64,000 nt of DNA from a virus, in the IMG/VR virus record IMGVR_UViG_3300009068_000028, positions 27,680 through 91,679 of that record; one strand, 5' to 3'. A program made the position numbers and the translations under genes. Positions 10,740 through 22,623 of this stretch are shown piece by piece. Below the pieces are notes generated by a model, which saw only the letters and a program-made list of their open reading frames with translations, was not told the DNA's origin and searched no databases. The first letter of the stretch is position 1; each line of letters opens with the position of its first letter.

Positions 10740-11749
10740 TGACAACAATGGAAGAAGCACTAGCACAGCTAGATCCACGTATCCGTAAGCGTCTTAGCAA
10801 TGGTGCAGGGTTCAAGACTGACTTTCAGCCTACCCCTAGCTACGGTCTAAATCGTGCTTTGGGTGGTGGGTTGCCATATGGTCGCCAGGTTCTTATCTGG
10901 GGTTCTAAGTCTTCAGCCAAGTCTTCATTGTGTCTCCAGATGGTTGGTCTTGCACAGTCAGAAGGAAAGCTTTGTGCATGGATTGATGCAGAGATGTCAT
11001 ACGACGAGGCTTGGGCTAAGAAACTTGGGGTAGACACAGAGAACCTTATTGTCTCACAGGCTCGTACTATTAATGAGATGGTAGACGTAGGCACAGCACT
11101 AATCAATGCAGGTGTAGACCTAGTGGTAGTTGATTCAATTACCTCACTACTCCCTGCCATCTACTTTGAAAAAGACTCTGACGAACTCAAGCAACTTGAG
11201 AACACTAAGCAGATTGGTGCTGAGTCACGAGACTTTAGTAACGCTTGGAAGATGATCAACTATGCTAACAATAAGGTCAAGCCAACCCTGTTTGTTTTGA
11301 TCTCGCAGTCACGCAACAATATCTCTGCTATGTACACACAGCAACAGCCTACAGGTGGACAGGCTACAAAGTTTTACTCGTCTACAGTAATTAAACTGTT
11401 CTCTTCTGAGTCAGACAATCAAGCCATTAAGGGTAAGATTCGAATGGGAGACAAGTTAATTGAACAGAAGATTGGTCGTAAGGTCAAGTGGGAATTACAG
11501 TTCTCTAAGACCTCTCCAGGCTTCCAGAGCGGCGAATACGACTTTTACTTCCGTGGGGATAGGGTAGGAATTGACAGCGTTGGTGACCTTGTGGACACCG
11601 CTGAGATGGCAGGTATTGTATCTCGTACAGGTGCATGGTACATAGTGTCAGAAGACAAAAAGGTTCAGGGTAGAGAAGCATTCATTAACTATGTTAAAGA
11701 GAATGACGACTTCCGTAAAAGCATTGAGGACCAGCTAAATGTCAGCTAA
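10739..11749 (+). CDS. recA: RecA/UvsX-like recombinase
   Basis: 'ALGGGLPYGR', 'WIDAE', 'VVVDSI', 'PTGGQATKFYSS', 'GAWY'. Confidence 0.92.
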   Translation: MTTMEEALAQLDPRIRKRLSNGAGFKTDFQPTPSYGLNRALGGGLPYGRQVLIWGSKSSAKSSLCLQMVGLAQSEGKLCAWIDAEMSYDEAWAKKLGVDTENLIVSQARTINEMVDVGTALINAGVDLVVVDSITSLLPAIYFEKDSDELKQLENTKQIGAESRDFSNAWKMINYANNKVKPTLFVLISQSRNNISAMYTQQQPTGGQATKFYSSTVIKLFSSESDNQAIKGKIRMGDKLIEQKIGRKVKWELQFSKTSPGFQSGEYDFYFRGDRVGIDSVGDLVDTAEMAGIVSRTGAWYIVSEDKKVQGREAFINYVKENDDFRKSIEDQLNVS

Positions 11750-11904
11750 ATATGATGTTCATAAAGGTAGGTTTAACTGTCATACCTGTAAAGTAGAAGT
11801 ATCATCAGTTAGATGGTACTGGACATTAAAAGAATTAACTTGGCTATGTCCAGGTGGACATCTTAGTAAAGTTAGCCTCAACACTAAAAAAAGTAAGGGT
11901 AGTT

Positions 11905-12192
11905 ATGAGCGAGAAGAACGAAAGTAAGAGAATTGGTGCAAAACAACATAAAAATTCTGGACGTAATACGACCAAAGGTGATGCTACTTGGGGACAGTTT
12001 GTTGTTGATTTTAAAGAAGTGTCGAAATCGTTTACTATTAACAAGGAAGTTTGGGCTAAGGCTACAACTGATGCAATACGTGGTAAGAAAGACCCAGCAA
12101 TTATTATTGTTCTTGGCGAGGGTAATTCTAAAGTAAGACTAGCAGTCATTGAGCTGGGTATCCTAGAGCAATTGACTGAATCACAAGAGTAG
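11905..12192 (+). CDS. Small PD-(D/E)xK nuclease / resolvase-like protein
   Basis: 'NSGR...KGDA...VDFKE' motif. Confidence 0.55.
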   Translation: MSEKNESKRIGAKQHKNSGRNTTKGDATWGQFVVDFKEVSKSFTINKEVWAKATTDAIRGKKDPAIIIVLGEGNSKVRLAVIELGILEQLTESQE

Positions 12193-12200
12193 TGTATAAT
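12172..12200 (+). promoter_or_regulatory. Sigma70/SigA-type promoter
   Basis: TTGACT-17-TATAAT. Confidence 0.7.
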
Positions 12201-12216
12201 AGAAGGATAGTAGAAA

Positions 12217-12531
12217 TTGGAAACAATGGAAGAAACAAAGACAACATTAGAACGAGTCAATGGTCTCAGTGAGATCGCTGACTTTATGAACGATGAAGAG
12301 CTTACCGAAGCCCTCACGTTTATTGCAAAGGTTATTTTCAAGCCAGAGATTCCTGCACAGGTAGCCTCTATTGAGATTGTTCGCTTGCAAGCCATTGCTG
12401 CTAAAATGTCGTTCAAGGCTACTTGGATGGCAAACGTAGATAAGGGAGATAGGGCGAAGAAGAATATTTATTTTACAGCTGCTAGTTCAATTAATGAACT
12501 TGTTGCTGCACTTAAATATATTACTCGTTAA
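12217..12531 (+). CDS. Hypothetical helical protein
   Basis: 104 aa ORF after a promoter and RBS. Confidence 0.65.
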   Translation: METMEETKTTLERVNGLSEIADFMNDEELTEALTFIAKVIFKPEIPAQVASIEIVRLQAIAAKMSFKATWMANVDKGDRAKKNIYFTAASSINELVAALKYITR

Positions 12532-12538
12532 AAACATT

Positions 12539-13342
12539 ATGGCTAAAAACTTACTAAATCAGGTTATGCTCAAAGGTGCATCAGATAAAAAGAAAACATT
12601 CTTAGATACGGACGAGCTTATCCAAAAGATTCAACATGGATATATAATTAACCGTGTTGATAAGCATCAGCAAAAGAAGACCTTTGCACCAAGCACGATT
12701 GCATTCTCTCACGGAGAGTGTCCTCGTTACTGGTACATCGCTTTTGAGGGTGCAACATTTACAGACAACGCAGATGCCTATGGTGCAGCAAACATGACTG
12801 CTGGTACAAAGTCACACGAACGTATCCAAGCAGCTATGGCAAGTGTTCCAGATCTTCTCGTTGACTCCGAGTTTAAAATCACAAGTCAGGACCCACCTAT
12901 TTTTGGTTACGGTGACGTAATCCTTAAGTGGGGTGGTGAAGATTTGCTTGGCGAAATTAAAACAATGCCAAACGAAGGATTTGAATATCGAAAAGCAGCA
13001 GGGAAGCCAAAGATTGGTCACCTAGTACAGTTGCTTATCTATATGAAAATTCTGGGGAGAGAACGTGCGGTACTAATCTATGAGAACAAGAATAACCACG
13101 AGTTGCTTGTACTTCCAGTAGTACTAAACGATTATCTTAAAGGGTGGGTAGACAACACGTTTGATTGGATGAGAGAAGTTCGTAGTGCTTGGGAGAATAA
13201 AACTCTTCCTACTAAGAACTACCGATCAAATTCAAAGATTTGCAAGACTTGTCCAGTAAGGGCAACTTGCAATATCGCTGGTCCAGGGACGCTACAAATA
13301 AAGTCTATGGAGCCAATCAATGAAGCATTGTCAATGGTGTGA
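12539..13342 (+). CDS. Cas4-like PD-(D/E)xK exonuclease
   Basis: 'ECPRYW', 'GTKSHE', 'GYGD...GEIKT', 'QLLIY', C-terminal 'CKTCPVRATC' Fe-S cysteines. Confidence 0.8.
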   Translation: MAKNLLNQVMLKGASDKKKTFLDTDELIQKIQHGYIINRVDKHQQKKTFAPSTIAFSHGECPRYWYIAFEGATFTDNADAYGAANMTAGTKSHERIQAAMASVPDLLVDSEFKITSQDPPIFGYGDVILKWGGEDLLGEIKTMPNEGFEYRKAAGKPKIGHLVQLLIYMKILGRERAVLIYENKNNHELLVLPVVLNDYLKGWVDNTFDWMREVRSAWENKTLPTKNYRSNSKICKTCPVRATCNIAGPGTLQIKSMEPINEALSMV

Positions 13343-13613
13343 CAGCCAGTTTAAACCAAATGTATCTTATCAAATATACTGCTCTGCTGAGTGTAGAGAA
13401 AAAGCAACAAGAGAAAAAATAGCTGAACGTTATGCTAAAAATCGTTTACAAAAGCCTTCTCGCAAAAATAGAAAATGTAAAAATTGTGGATCAACTCTTT
13501 CAATTTATAATGACGAGCCGATCTGCTCTGGATGTGACATCAATCCTTCAGAAGTAAATAAAGTATTAAAAGAGTTAAAGGGGATAGCTGATGGTAAAAT
13601 TGAGTTTGATTAA
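13320..13613 (+). CDS. Zinc-finger protein
   Basis: Four Cys pairs (CxxC/CxxxC). Confidence 0.65.
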   Translation: MKHCQWCDSQFKPNVSYQIYCSAECREKATREKIAERYAKNRLQKPSRKNRKCKNCGSTLSIYNDEPICSGCDINPSEVNKVLKELKGIADGKIEFD

Positions 13614-14166
13614 TCCAAAACCAAAAACAATTTGCTCAATTGATGCAAGTACAAATAGCCTAGCTTTTGCTATCTTTGAGGACAAGTCTTTAGTTAGATT
13701 TGGCAAAATTAATTTTACTGGTCGTAATACATATGAAAAAGTTGGAGATGCAGCAAAGAAGTGCTTGGCTTTTTTTAAACAATTTAATATTAATTCTATT
13801 ATTATTGAGCATACTGTATTTATTAATAGTCCTAAGACTGCTGCAGATCTTGCACTTGTTCAAGGGGCTATGCTTGGGTCAGCTCAAATTAATGGCATAA
13901 AGATTGCTGGATCAGTTAATCCAATTACCTGGCAATCATTTATTGGTAACACAAAACTCTCGGCGGTAGAAAAACAAGAACTTCGCAAAGAGAATCCTAA
14001 CAAATCCGAATCTTGGTATAAGGGGCAAGAACGTGAAATCAGAAAACAAAAAACAATACGCTATGTTGGCACGTATTATAATAAGTCTATTAGTGATAAC
14101 GATGTGGCAGACGCTATCGGAATTGGTCACTGGGCTATCCACAATTGGGAAAAGGTTGACAAATAA
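13591..14166 (+). CDS. RuvC-like Holliday junction resolvase
   Basis: 'SIDASTNSLAFA', 'IIEH', 'DNDVADAIGIG' RNase H-fold acidic residues. Confidence 0.8.
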   Translation: MVKLSLINPKPKTICSIDASTNSLAFAIFEDKSLVRFGKINFTGRNTYEKVGDAAKKCLAFFKQFNINSIIIEHTVFINSPKTAADLALVQGAMLGSAQINGIKIAGSVNPITWQSFIGNTKLSAVEKQELRKENPNKSESWYKGQEREIRKQKTIRYVGTYYNKSISDNDVADAIGIGHWAIHNWEKVDK

Positions 14167-14170
14167 AATT

Positions 14171-14326
14171 ATGGCTGCTAAACTGTATCAAAGCGAGGCA
14201 TGGCTTCGCAAACGCTACCACCTTGACCGCAAGACTCCAGAAGAGATTGCAAAAGAGTGTGGCACAAGTGTTGAAACAATTTATGTATACCTCGCAAAGT
14301 TTGGATTAAGAAAGAGTAAACGATGA
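14171..14326 (+). CDS. Small HTH protein
   Basis: 'KTPEEIAKECGTSVETIYVYL'. Confidence 0.7.
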   Translation: MAAKLYQSEAWLRKRYHLDRKTPEEIAKECGTSVETIYVYLAKFGLRKSKR

Positions 14327-14559
14327 GCGAAAATCTTAAAATCACGGTAGACCAAGTTAATCACCCACCTCACTATACACAAGACCCAAGTGGCGTTGAG
14401 TGTATTCAAATAACACGCCATCGTAATTTTAATGTTGGCAATGCATTTAAGTACCTATGGAGAGCAGGACTTAAGGACCAGGCTAAGACAATCCAAGATC
14501 TTGAAAAAGCTATTTTTTATATTCAAGACGAAATTCAAAGACTTGAAGGAAAGTTCTAA
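14323..14559 (+). CDS. DUF3310 (SaV-like) protein
   Basis: 'VNHPPHY...ECI...GNAFKYLWRAGLK...DLEKA'. Confidence 0.85.
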   Translation: MSENLKITVDQVNHPPHYTQDPSGVECIQITRHRNFNVGNAFKYLWRAGLKDQAKTIQDLEKAIFYIQDEIQRLEGKF

Positions 14560-14861
14560 TGGCTAGATTACGCAAAATCGATTTCTCTAGTGTTAAGATA
14601 AATGATCCATTTATTCGTGTAAACAAAATGAAGTATGAAAATTTTACAATTGAGCGTGGAGAGCTTATTAAAATTACTGGAGAATACGGAACACGCTTTA
14701 AGTTTGAGTCTATTACAACTAACCCAGTAAACGGTGCAATTTGGGTAGACTGTTTTGAAATGTGGCGAGGACGACAAGGTGCGTACCGATCATTTTCTAT
14801 TGACCGTGTAAAACGTATTCCAAAGCGTAGATCAAGAAAGGCTAAACCCAGTGTCGTTTGA
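14559..14861 (+). CDS. Hypothetical protein
   Basis: 100 aa coupled ORF. Confidence 0.6.
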   Translation: MARLRKIDFSSVKINDPFIRVNKMKYENFTIERGELIKITGEYGTRFKFESITTNPVNGAIWVDCFEMWRGRQGAYRSFSIDRVKRIPKRRSRKAKPSVV

Positions 14862-15384
14862 AGACCTTACTGTAGAACACCTTGATGAAATAAACAAGGT
14901 TGTAGAAAAGTATCTTCAGGGTTCTGAGCCTACACAAATTTCTAAAGAGCTTGCTATGCCACGCACAAAGGTTGTTGCTCACATCAACCAGTGGAAGCTT
15001 ATGGCTGCAGACAATGCTGCAATCCGTGCTCGTGCAAAAGAAGCATTGGTCGTTGCAGATACACACTATAATAAACTAATTAGCAAGGCATATGAAGTCA
15101 TTGACGATGCCACTACCATAGCTAACCTTGGTGCAAAAACTGCAGGGATTAAGCTAGTTCTTGATATTGAGTCTAGGCGTATTGATATGCTACAAAAAGC
15201 AGGACTGCTAGAAAACAAAGAGTTAGCAGACGAAATGTTGGAGATTGAGCGTAGACAAGATATCTTAAAAGATATTCTAAAAGATATTGCTGCAGAGCAT
15301 CCAGAAGTTCGTGACAAGATTATGCGTAGACTATCGGAGATCTCTAAAAATCAAGAGGTGATTACCGTTGTCAGAGATGTTTGA
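14851..15384 (+). CDS. Probable terminase small subunit
   Basis: N-terminal HTH, helical, directly upstream of terL. Confidence 0.55.
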   Translation: MSFEDLTVEHLDEINKVVEKYLQGSEPTQISKELAMPRTKVVAHINQWKLMAADNAAIRARAKEALVVADTHYNKLISKAYEVIDDATTIANLGAKTAGIKLVLDIESRRIDMLQKAGLLENKELADEMLEIERRQDILKDILKDIAAEHPEVRDKIMRRLSEISKNQEVITVVRDV

Positions 15385-17152
15385 CGATTTCTTTGAGGTT
15401 CTAAAAGATAGCAACTTTGATGAAACTCCTGTCAATGCTAGGACGTTTGTTGAGGGTGAGGCATATCTTGGACAACCACCGCTATCTCAAATTCAGTATG
15501 ACATTGTAGAAGCTATGAGCCAGGTCTACAAGCTTGAAGACTTAATTGATATTATGGGTACAGAAGAGGGTACACGTTATTACAAGAAGTATACTAAAAA
15601 TGAAATTATTCTTCAGCTTGGCAAGGGTAGCGGTAAAGATTTTGTATCTACCGTAGCCTGTGCCTATATTGTATATAAACTATTATGCCTTAAAGATCCA
15701 GCTCGTTATTTTGGGAAGCCATCTGGCGATGCTATTGATATTATTAACGTAGCTATTAACGCACAACAAGCTAAGAACGTTTTCTTCAAAGGATTTAAGA
15801 CCAAGATTGAACGCTCCCCTTGGTTTGCTGGTAAGTTCTACGCAAAAGTAGACAGCATTGAGTTTGATAGTGCTATCACTGTTTACTCTGGTCACTCAGA
15901 ACGAGAGTCCCACGAAGGTCTTAACCTTATCTTAGCCGTACTCGACGAGATCTCTGGGTTTGCACAAGAAACAAATACTGGCAATGACCAGGGAAAGACC
16001 GCAGACAACATTTATAAGGCGTTCCGTGCCTCTGTGGACTCTCGATTCCCAGACTTAGGCAAGGTTGCACTGCTTTCGTTCCCTCGTTATCCTGGAGACT
16101 TTATCTCACAACGATATGACGATGTAATTATGGATAAAGAAATTATTACAAAGACTCACAAGTTTATTATGAATCCAGATCTTCCAGAAGATGCAGATGG
16201 AAATACCCTAGAAATTTCGTGGGACGAAGATGTAATTATTAATTATAAGTATCCTGGTATGTTTGCAATCAAGAGACCTACGTGGGTAGTAAACCCAACT
16301 CGCAAGGTTGACGATTTTAAGTTAGCATTCTATACAGACCTTGGAGACGCTATGATGCGATTCGCCTGTGTACCTACCTATAGCTCAGATGCGTTTTTTA
16401 AGCAGATTGAGAAAGTTCAAGGTGCAATGACACTTCGTAACCCATTAGATGCCAACCGACGCTTTGACGAGACATTTGTTCCAGACCCAGATAAGATTTA
16501 TTACGTTCACGCTGACCTTGCACAACGCCATGACAAATGTGCTGTTGCAATTGCTCACGTAGACAAATGGGTAAATATTCAAGTAATTAAAGACTACCAG
16601 CAGGTTGCACCAGTAGTTGTGGTAGATGCTATAGCATGGTGGGAACCAAAGGTAGAGGGTCCTATAAACCTGTCAGAAGTAAAGCAGTGGATTCAGAACC
16701 TTCGTCGTCTAGGATTTAATTTAGGTATGGTAAGTTTTGACCGCTGGCAATCTTTTGATATTCAGAATGAACTTAAACAAGTTGGTATTAGAACAGAGAC
16801 TGTTTCTGTTGCCAAGAAACACTATGAAGATATGGCAATGCTTATTTATGAAGAGCGTCTTGCTATGCCATCAATTGACCTTTTGTTTGAGGAATTAACA
16901 GAGCTTAAGATTATGAGAAACAACAGAGTTGACCACCCTCGTAAAAAATCTAAAGACCTTGCAGATGCTGTGTGTGGTGCAGTCTTTGGAGCAATTTCTC
17001 ACACACCAAAAGACCTTAACCTTCAGGTAGAGATTCATACGTTTAAGCAAAAACCCAAAAATCAACTTGCGGAAAGTGCTAAAGGCGTGATAGAATATAA
17101 CTCTATACCAAATGATGTACGTGACTATCTTGATCAATTTAAAACAATTTAA
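15377..17152 (+). CDS. terL: Terminase large subunit
   Basis: Walker A 'GKGSGKD', Walker B 'AVLDEISG', nuclease 'HADLA' and 'SKDLADA'. Confidence 0.88.
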   Translation: MFDDFFEVLKDSNFDETPVNARTFVEGEAYLGQPPLSQIQYDIVEAMSQVYKLEDLIDIMGTEEGTRYYKKYTKNEIILQLGKGSGKDFVSTVACAYIVYKLLCLKDPARYFGKPSGDAIDIINVAINAQQAKNVFFKGFKTKIERSPWFAGKFYAKVDSIEFDSAITVYSGHSERESHEGLNLILAVLDEISGFAQETNTGNDQGKTADNIYKAFRASVDSRFPDLGKVALLSFPRYPGDFISQRYDDVIMDKEIITKTHKFIMNPDLPEDADGNTLEISWDEDVIINYKYPGMFAIKRPTWVVNPTRKVDDFKLAFYTDLGDAMMRFACVPTYSSDAFFKQIEKVQGAMTLRNPLDANRRFDETFVPDPDKIYYVHADLAQRHDKCAVAIAHVDKWVNIQVIKDYQQVAPVVVVDAIAWWEPKVEGPINLSEVKQWIQNLRRLGFNLGMVSFDRWQSFDIQNELKQVGIRTETVSVAKKHYEDMAMLIYEERLAMPSIDLLFEELTELKIMRNNRVDHPRKKSKDLADAVCGAVFGAISHTPKDLNLQVEIHTFKQKPKNQLAESAKGVIEYNSIPNDVRDYLDQFKTI

Positions 17153-17161
17153 GGGCATAGG

Positions 17162-17557
17162 GTGAGTTTAGGCATTGTTTATTTTTCTAACTATTCTGGA
17201 AACACTAAAAGATTTGTAGAAAAGTTAGGGCTAGAATCAATTAGAATTCCAATTAAGGATTCTGATAATCCAATTATAGTACCAGATAGATACGTACTAT
17301 TTGTTCCTACATATGGTGGTGGGAGCGAGAATCACGCTATTCCAAAACAGGTTCGCTCATTCCTAAACGTAGAGTCGAACAGGCAGAAGATGATTGCTGT
17401 CGTAGGTCTAGGAAACACAAACTTTGGGGAAGACTACTGCAAGGCTGCAGACATGATTGCAGCTAAAACAGGTGTCCCCATATTAGGCAGGGTAGAGATA
17501 TTCGGCACAGAAGAAGACACAATAACAATTAAGGAAAGGTTGGCGATGTTAGTATGA
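17162..17557 (+). CDS. nrdI: Flavodoxin NrdI
   Basis: '[13 protein letters not shown]', 'PTYGGG', 'GNTNFG'. Confidence 0.95.
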   Translation: MSLGIVYFSNYSGNTKRFVEKLGLESIRIPIKDSDNPIIVPDRYVLFVPTYGGGSENHAIPKQVRSFLNVESNRQKMIAVVGLGNTNFGEDYCKAADMIAAKTGVPILGRVEIFGTEEDTITIKERLAMLV

Positions 17558-19671
17558 CAAACGCATACAGTTACCACGAGCTAAACGCAATGCTGAATCT
17601 TTATGACGAGAACGGTCAAATTCAGTTTAACAAGGACAAGGAGGCTGCAAAGGCATACTTTCTTGACCACGTAAACCAAAATACTGTTTTCTTTCACAGC
17701 CTTGAAGAAAAGCTAGACTATCTAGTTGAACACGAATACTACGACAAAGATGTTTTAGACCTGTATGACTTTCCATTTATTAAGTCAGCATTTCAACACG
17801 CATACGCCAAGCGTTTCCGCTTCCCAACATTCCTTGGAGCATACAAGTTCTATACTTCATATGCCCTCAAGACGTTCGATGGCTCACGCTACCTAGAACG
17901 ATTTGAAGATCGTGTAGTTGTTACAGCTCTTATGCTTGCCAATGGAAACAAAAAACTTGCGATGGATATAGTCGATGAACTAATTTCTGGTCGCTTCCAA
18001 CCTGCTACACCAACATTTCTCAATGCTGCTAAGAAACAAAGGGGAGAGTTTGTTTCTTGCTTCCTACTCCGTATTGAGGATAACATGGAATCGATTGCTC
18101 GTGCAATTAATTCCTCACTCCAGCTTTCAAAACGTGGTGGTGGTGTAGCACTAAACCTTACAAACCTTCGTGAAGCAGGTGCTCCAATTAAAAAGATTGA
18201 AAACCAGTCTTCTGGGGTCATTCCAGTAATGAAGCTTCTCGAAGACTCATTCTCTTATGCTAACCAGCTAGGTGCTCGTCAGGGGGCTGGGGCAGTGTAT
18301 CTAAACGCACACCACCCAGATATCCTTAGCTTCCTAGACACTAAGCGTGAGAATGCAGACGAGAAGATACGTATCAAGACTCTTAGTATTGGTGTCGTTA
18401 TTCCAAACATTACATTAGAACTTGCTAAGACTAACGAAGATATGTATCTCTTCTCACCATATGACGTTGAACGTATCTACGGATTGCCTATGAGTGATAT
18501 TTCTGTTACTGAAAAGTATCAAGAGATGGTTGACAATCCTGAAATTCGCAAGAGCAAGATCAAGGCTCGTGTCTTGTTTGAACGTATCGCAGAACTTCAG
18601 TTTGAGTCAGGGTATCCTTACATTGTCTACGAAGACACGGTAAACGATGCTAACCCAATTGATGGTCGTATCAATATGTCCAACCTTTGCTCTGAGATTC
18701 TTCAGGTAAACACACCAACAACGTATAATGCAGACCTAAGCTACGATAGCATTGGTAAGGATATCTCTTGCAACCTTGGTTCACTAAACATTGCTGCAGT
18801 TATGGATGGTCAAAACTTTGAGAAGACTATCGAAACATCAATCCGTGCATTGACAGCAGTTGCAGATATGTCTTACATCGAATCTGTAATGTCAATTGCT
18901 GAAGGCAACAAGAAGTCTCGTGCTATTGGTCTAGGGCAGATGAACCTACACGGCTACCTTGGTCGTGAGCAGATCCACTACGGCTCTGAAGAGGGTATTG
19001 ACTTCACCAATATCTATTTCTACACTGTCCTGTACTACGCTCTAAAGGCATCTAACAAGCTTGCCAAAGAAACTGGTAGCCCATTCGACGGCTTTGAGCG
19101 TTCCAAGTATGCAACTGGTAAGTTCTTCACTAAGTACATTGAACAGGAGTGGAAGCCATCTACAAAGAAGGTTTCTAAGCTATTTACAGATTCAAAGATT
19201 GAGATTCCAACACAGCAGGATTGGGAATCACTTGCTAAGTCTGTCAAGAAGCACGGTATCTATAACCAGAACCTTCAGGCAGTACCACCAACAGGATCAA
19301 TCTCATATATCAATAACTCAACATCATCGATTCACCCTATCGCTTCTCAGATTGAGATTCGTAAGGAAGGAAAGCTTGGTCGTGTCTACTACCCTGCACC
19401 ATTCCTTACCAACGATAACCGTGAATACTTTGCGGATGCGTATGAGATCGGACCAGAGGCTATCATTGATACCTACGCTGCAGCAACACAGCACGTAGAC
19501 CAGGGGTTGTCACTGACCCTATTCTTCAAGGATACAGCTACAACACGTGACATTAACAAGGCACAGATTTATGCCTTCAGTAAGGGAATTAAAACAATTT
19601 ATTACATCAGAATTCGACAGATGGCTCTAGAAGGCACTGACGTATCAGAGTGTGTAAGTTGTATGCTTTAG
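17554..19671 (+). CDS. nrdE: Class Ib ribonucleotide reductase alpha subunit
   Basis: '[10 protein letters not shown]', 'SCFLL', 'SNLCSE', C-terminal 'ECVSCML'; no ATP cone. Confidence 0.97.
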   Translation: MTNAYSYHELNAMLNLYDENGQIQFNKDKEAAKAYFLDHVNQNTVFFHSLEEKLDYLVEHEYYDKDVLDLYDFPFIKSAFQHAYAKRFRFPTFLGAYKFYTSYALKTFDGSRYLERFEDRVVVTALMLANGNKKLAMDIVDELISGRFQPATPTFLNAAKKQRGEFVSCFLLRIEDNMESIARAINSSLQLSKRGGGVALNLTNLREAGAPIKKIENQSSGVIPVMKLLEDSFSYANQLGARQGAGAVYLNAHHPDILSFLDTKRENADEKIRIKTLSIGVVIPNITLELAKTNEDMYLFSPYDVERIYGLPMSDISVTEKYQEMVDNPEIRKSKIKARVLFERIAELQFESGYPYIVYEDTVNDANPIDGRINMSNLCSEILQVNTPTTYNADLSYDSIGKDISCNLGSLNIAAVMDGQNFEKTIETSIRALTAVADMSYIESVMSIAEGNKKSRAIGLGQMNLHGYLGREQIHYGSEEGIDFTNIYFYTVLYYALKASNKLAKETGSPFDGFERSKYATGKFFTKYIEQEWKPSTKKVSKLFTDSKIEIPTQQDWESLAKSVKKHGIYNQNLQAVPPTGSISYINNSTSSIHPIASQIEIRKEGKLGRVYYPAPFLTNDNREYFADAYEIGPEAIIDTYAAATQHVDQGLSLTLFFKDTATTRDINKAQIYAFSKGIKTIYYIRIRQMALEGTDVSECVSCML

Positions 19672-20631
<960 letters not shown>

Positions 20632-20646
20632 TAAAAACAAAAGATT

Positions 20647-20672
20647 GGGCTACTTTGGTAGCCCTTTTCTTT
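20647..20672 (+). terminator. Intrinsic terminator
   Basis: gggctac-tttg-gtagccc followed by a T-tract. Confidence 0.8.
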
Positions 20673-20756
20673 TGCAATAAAATGGTATAATTAGATAGTT
20701 AAGCTTCCCCAGGTTTAACAAAGGAGTGAAGGGAAATCAAAAAATTAGTCTCGTAT

Positions 20757-22028
20757 TTGAGTCTTATATTTTTAATGGCAATCTACATTGTAGTTGCCTT
20801 TGCCGTACCTGCAAGAGCTGAAGGGTGCGTATACAATCACCAGATCTATACCCCTGCGTCTGGCGATGTAGCAATATTTAATACTTGTGGTGGAGATGAT
20901 TCAGCCTACAGAATTCCACTAGCAACACCAATCGTATTTGATGGAGTAGAATACTCAACGATTTATGCAACCACAAATTCAACAATAACATTCGGAACCC
21001 CCGACGGTACTTATTCTGATTACCCAATGACACCATCATTATCAATTATGTCAATGGACTGGGTTGTATACCCACAAACTAGAGCAGATGAACATTTAAT
21101 TATTACAGTTAGCGACGCAGGATTTCAAATAGCTATTTCAGCTAGACCAATTTGGAATCAGGGAACGCCAAATACAACAAATATTACAGTTACAGCAATT
21201 AAAAGAACAGATGGCTCATATGAATTAACATACACAATGAACGGAACAGACTGGAGCCAACAAACTCAACTAAGAACTGGTGCTCGTCTACACAATAGAA
21301 GTATTGTGACCCTAGAAGAAGCAGGATTTACTCAGGTAACAGAGCCTCCAGTCGTTCCCCCAACACCAGAACCCACACCAGAACCTACTACGGAACCAAC
21401 CCCTGAGCCAACTATAGAACCTACTCCAGAACCCACTGTAGAGCCCACACCAGAGCCTACGATAGATCCTACACCCGAACCAACCATAGAACCAACTCCA
21501 GAGCCTACACAGCCTACAGAGCCTCCCGTGGACCCTGAGCCACCAACAGATCCTTCAGTAAAACCAGAAGTTCCTGTTGAACCAGAAGTTCCTGTTGAGC
21601 CAGTAGACAAGGTAGACCCACAAACTGAAGAGGTAATCGAACAGCCAACAACAGAAGAACTTTTAGCAGAGTCTCCACAAGATCTAACAGCACAAGAAAT
21701 TGTACAAATTATGAGCGAAGCATACGAAACTTTAAACACATCTGAGCAAGGCTCTCCAGAATATGAAGAAGCACTAGATGCAATATTCTTTGTTGCACAA
21801 GCAGACGATATTGTTCTTGACGAAGAGTTGTTAGCAATTCCACTTGTTGGTAATATTGCTCAAGCATTAACAGATTTAATTAACTTTGCAGGAAACGTAG
21901 GATCAGACATAAGTCCAAAAGTACGTGAATCTGCAAAGAAAACAATTGTTGCGGCAGTAATTGTCGGGCAGATAGCACAAATTAGTACAATGTCAGCAAT
22001 GACCTCAGCATCACTAAGGAGGATATAA
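20757..22028 (+). CDS. Secreted/membrane-anchored protein with Pro-Thr-Glu linker
   Basis: Signal peptide, beta-rich domain, PTPEPT repeats, hydrophobic C-terminus. Confidence 0.7.
   Translation: MSLIFLMAIYIVVAFAVPARAEGCVYNHQIYTPASGDVAIFNTCGGDDSAYRIPLATPIVFDGVEYSTIYATTNSTITFGTPDGTYSDYPMTPSLSIMSMDWVVYPQTRADEHLIITVSDAGFQIAISARPIWNQGTPNTTNITVTAIKRTDGSYELTYTMNGTDWSQQTQLRTGARLHNRSIVTLEEAGFTQVTEPPVVPPTPEPTPEPTTEPTPEPTIEPTPEPTVEPTPEPTIDPTPEPTIEPTPEPTQPTEPPVDPEPPTDPSVKPEVPVEPEVPVEPVDKVDPQTEEVIEQPTTEELLAESPQDLTAQEIVQIMSEAYETLNTSEQGSPEYEEALDAIFFVAQADDIVLDEELLAIPLVGNIAQALTDLINFAGNVGSDISPKVRESAKKTIVAAVIVGQIAQISTMSAMTSASLRRI
21358..21510 (+). repeat. Coding tandem repeat (PTPEPTxE)n
   Basis: About 6 degenerate 24-nt units. 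Confidence 0.85.
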
Positions 22029-22220
22029 ATGAAGAAATTTTTTGCAGATTTACTCAAAGATATAATTGAGCAATCTTGGACACTTCTTGGTATGGCTATT
22101 GCTTGGCTAGTACTAGAAGGGTCTGCCAGAGAGTTAACAGGGTATCTAATCCTAATAACTATCTCAGTTTGGATAATAACATTCAGACTACGCAATCCAA
22201 AAGATAAAGGAAAGGAGTGA
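22029..22220 (+). CDS. Small two-TM membrane protein
   Basis: Two hydrophobic helices. Confidence 0.6.
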   Translation: MKKFFADLLKDIIEQSWTLLGMAIAWLVLEGSARELTGYLILITISVWIITFRLRNPKDKGKE

Positions 22221-22225
22221 TATAT

Positions 22226-22471
22226 ATGGATAAAGAAACAACAATGAGCATTATTGGAAGAATGGTTGCATTATTCTTAGTCTCAGCATTAACAACAGTT
22301 GGTGCTGGTGCAATCATCGGAATTGACACATTACAGACTGCAATTCTTGCAGGTGTAATGGGAGTTGCAAATGTTGTTGAGGACCTTTCTCGTAGCTACC
22401 TAAATGATGGCAAGCTTTCAAAGAAAGAAATCAACGATGCATTTGCTGGAAACACACCAGACCCACGATAA
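22226..22471 (+). CDS. Small membrane protein (holin-like)
   Basis: Two TM helices, 'DGKLSKKEI' C-terminus, RBS aaggag. Confidence 0.55.
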   Translation: MDKETTMSIIGRMVALFLVSALTTVGAGAIIGIDTLQTAILAGVMGVANVVEDLSRSYLNDGKLSKKEINDAFAGNTPDPR

Positions 22472-22476
22472 GGTAC

Positions 22477-22505
22477 TTGACAGCCCTCTTAGGTTCCTGT
22501 ATAAT
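22477..22505 (+). promoter_or_regulatory. Consensus sigma70 promoter for tRNA-Asn
   Basis: TTGACA-17-TATAAT. Confidence 0.85.
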
Positions 22506-22534
22506 AAATATACAACTTAAGAGGGTTTGTCTAT

Positions 22535-22606
22535 TCCTCCTTAGCTCAACGGCAGAGCGTTTCACTGTTAATGAATTGGTTCGTGGTTCGAATCCACGAG
22601 GGGGAG
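22535..22606 (+). tRNA. tRNA-Asn(GTT)
   Basis: Acceptor tcctcct/aggggga, T arm cgtgg-TTCGAAT-ccacg, loop ctGTTaa. Confidence 0.9.
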
Positions 22607-22623
22607 CAATGCTATAATTAATC

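Noticed and set aside
6906-19671. Inteins or introns in dnaE, recA, terL or nrdE
   Set aside because: Lengths are normal and no splicing motifs or frame breaks were seen
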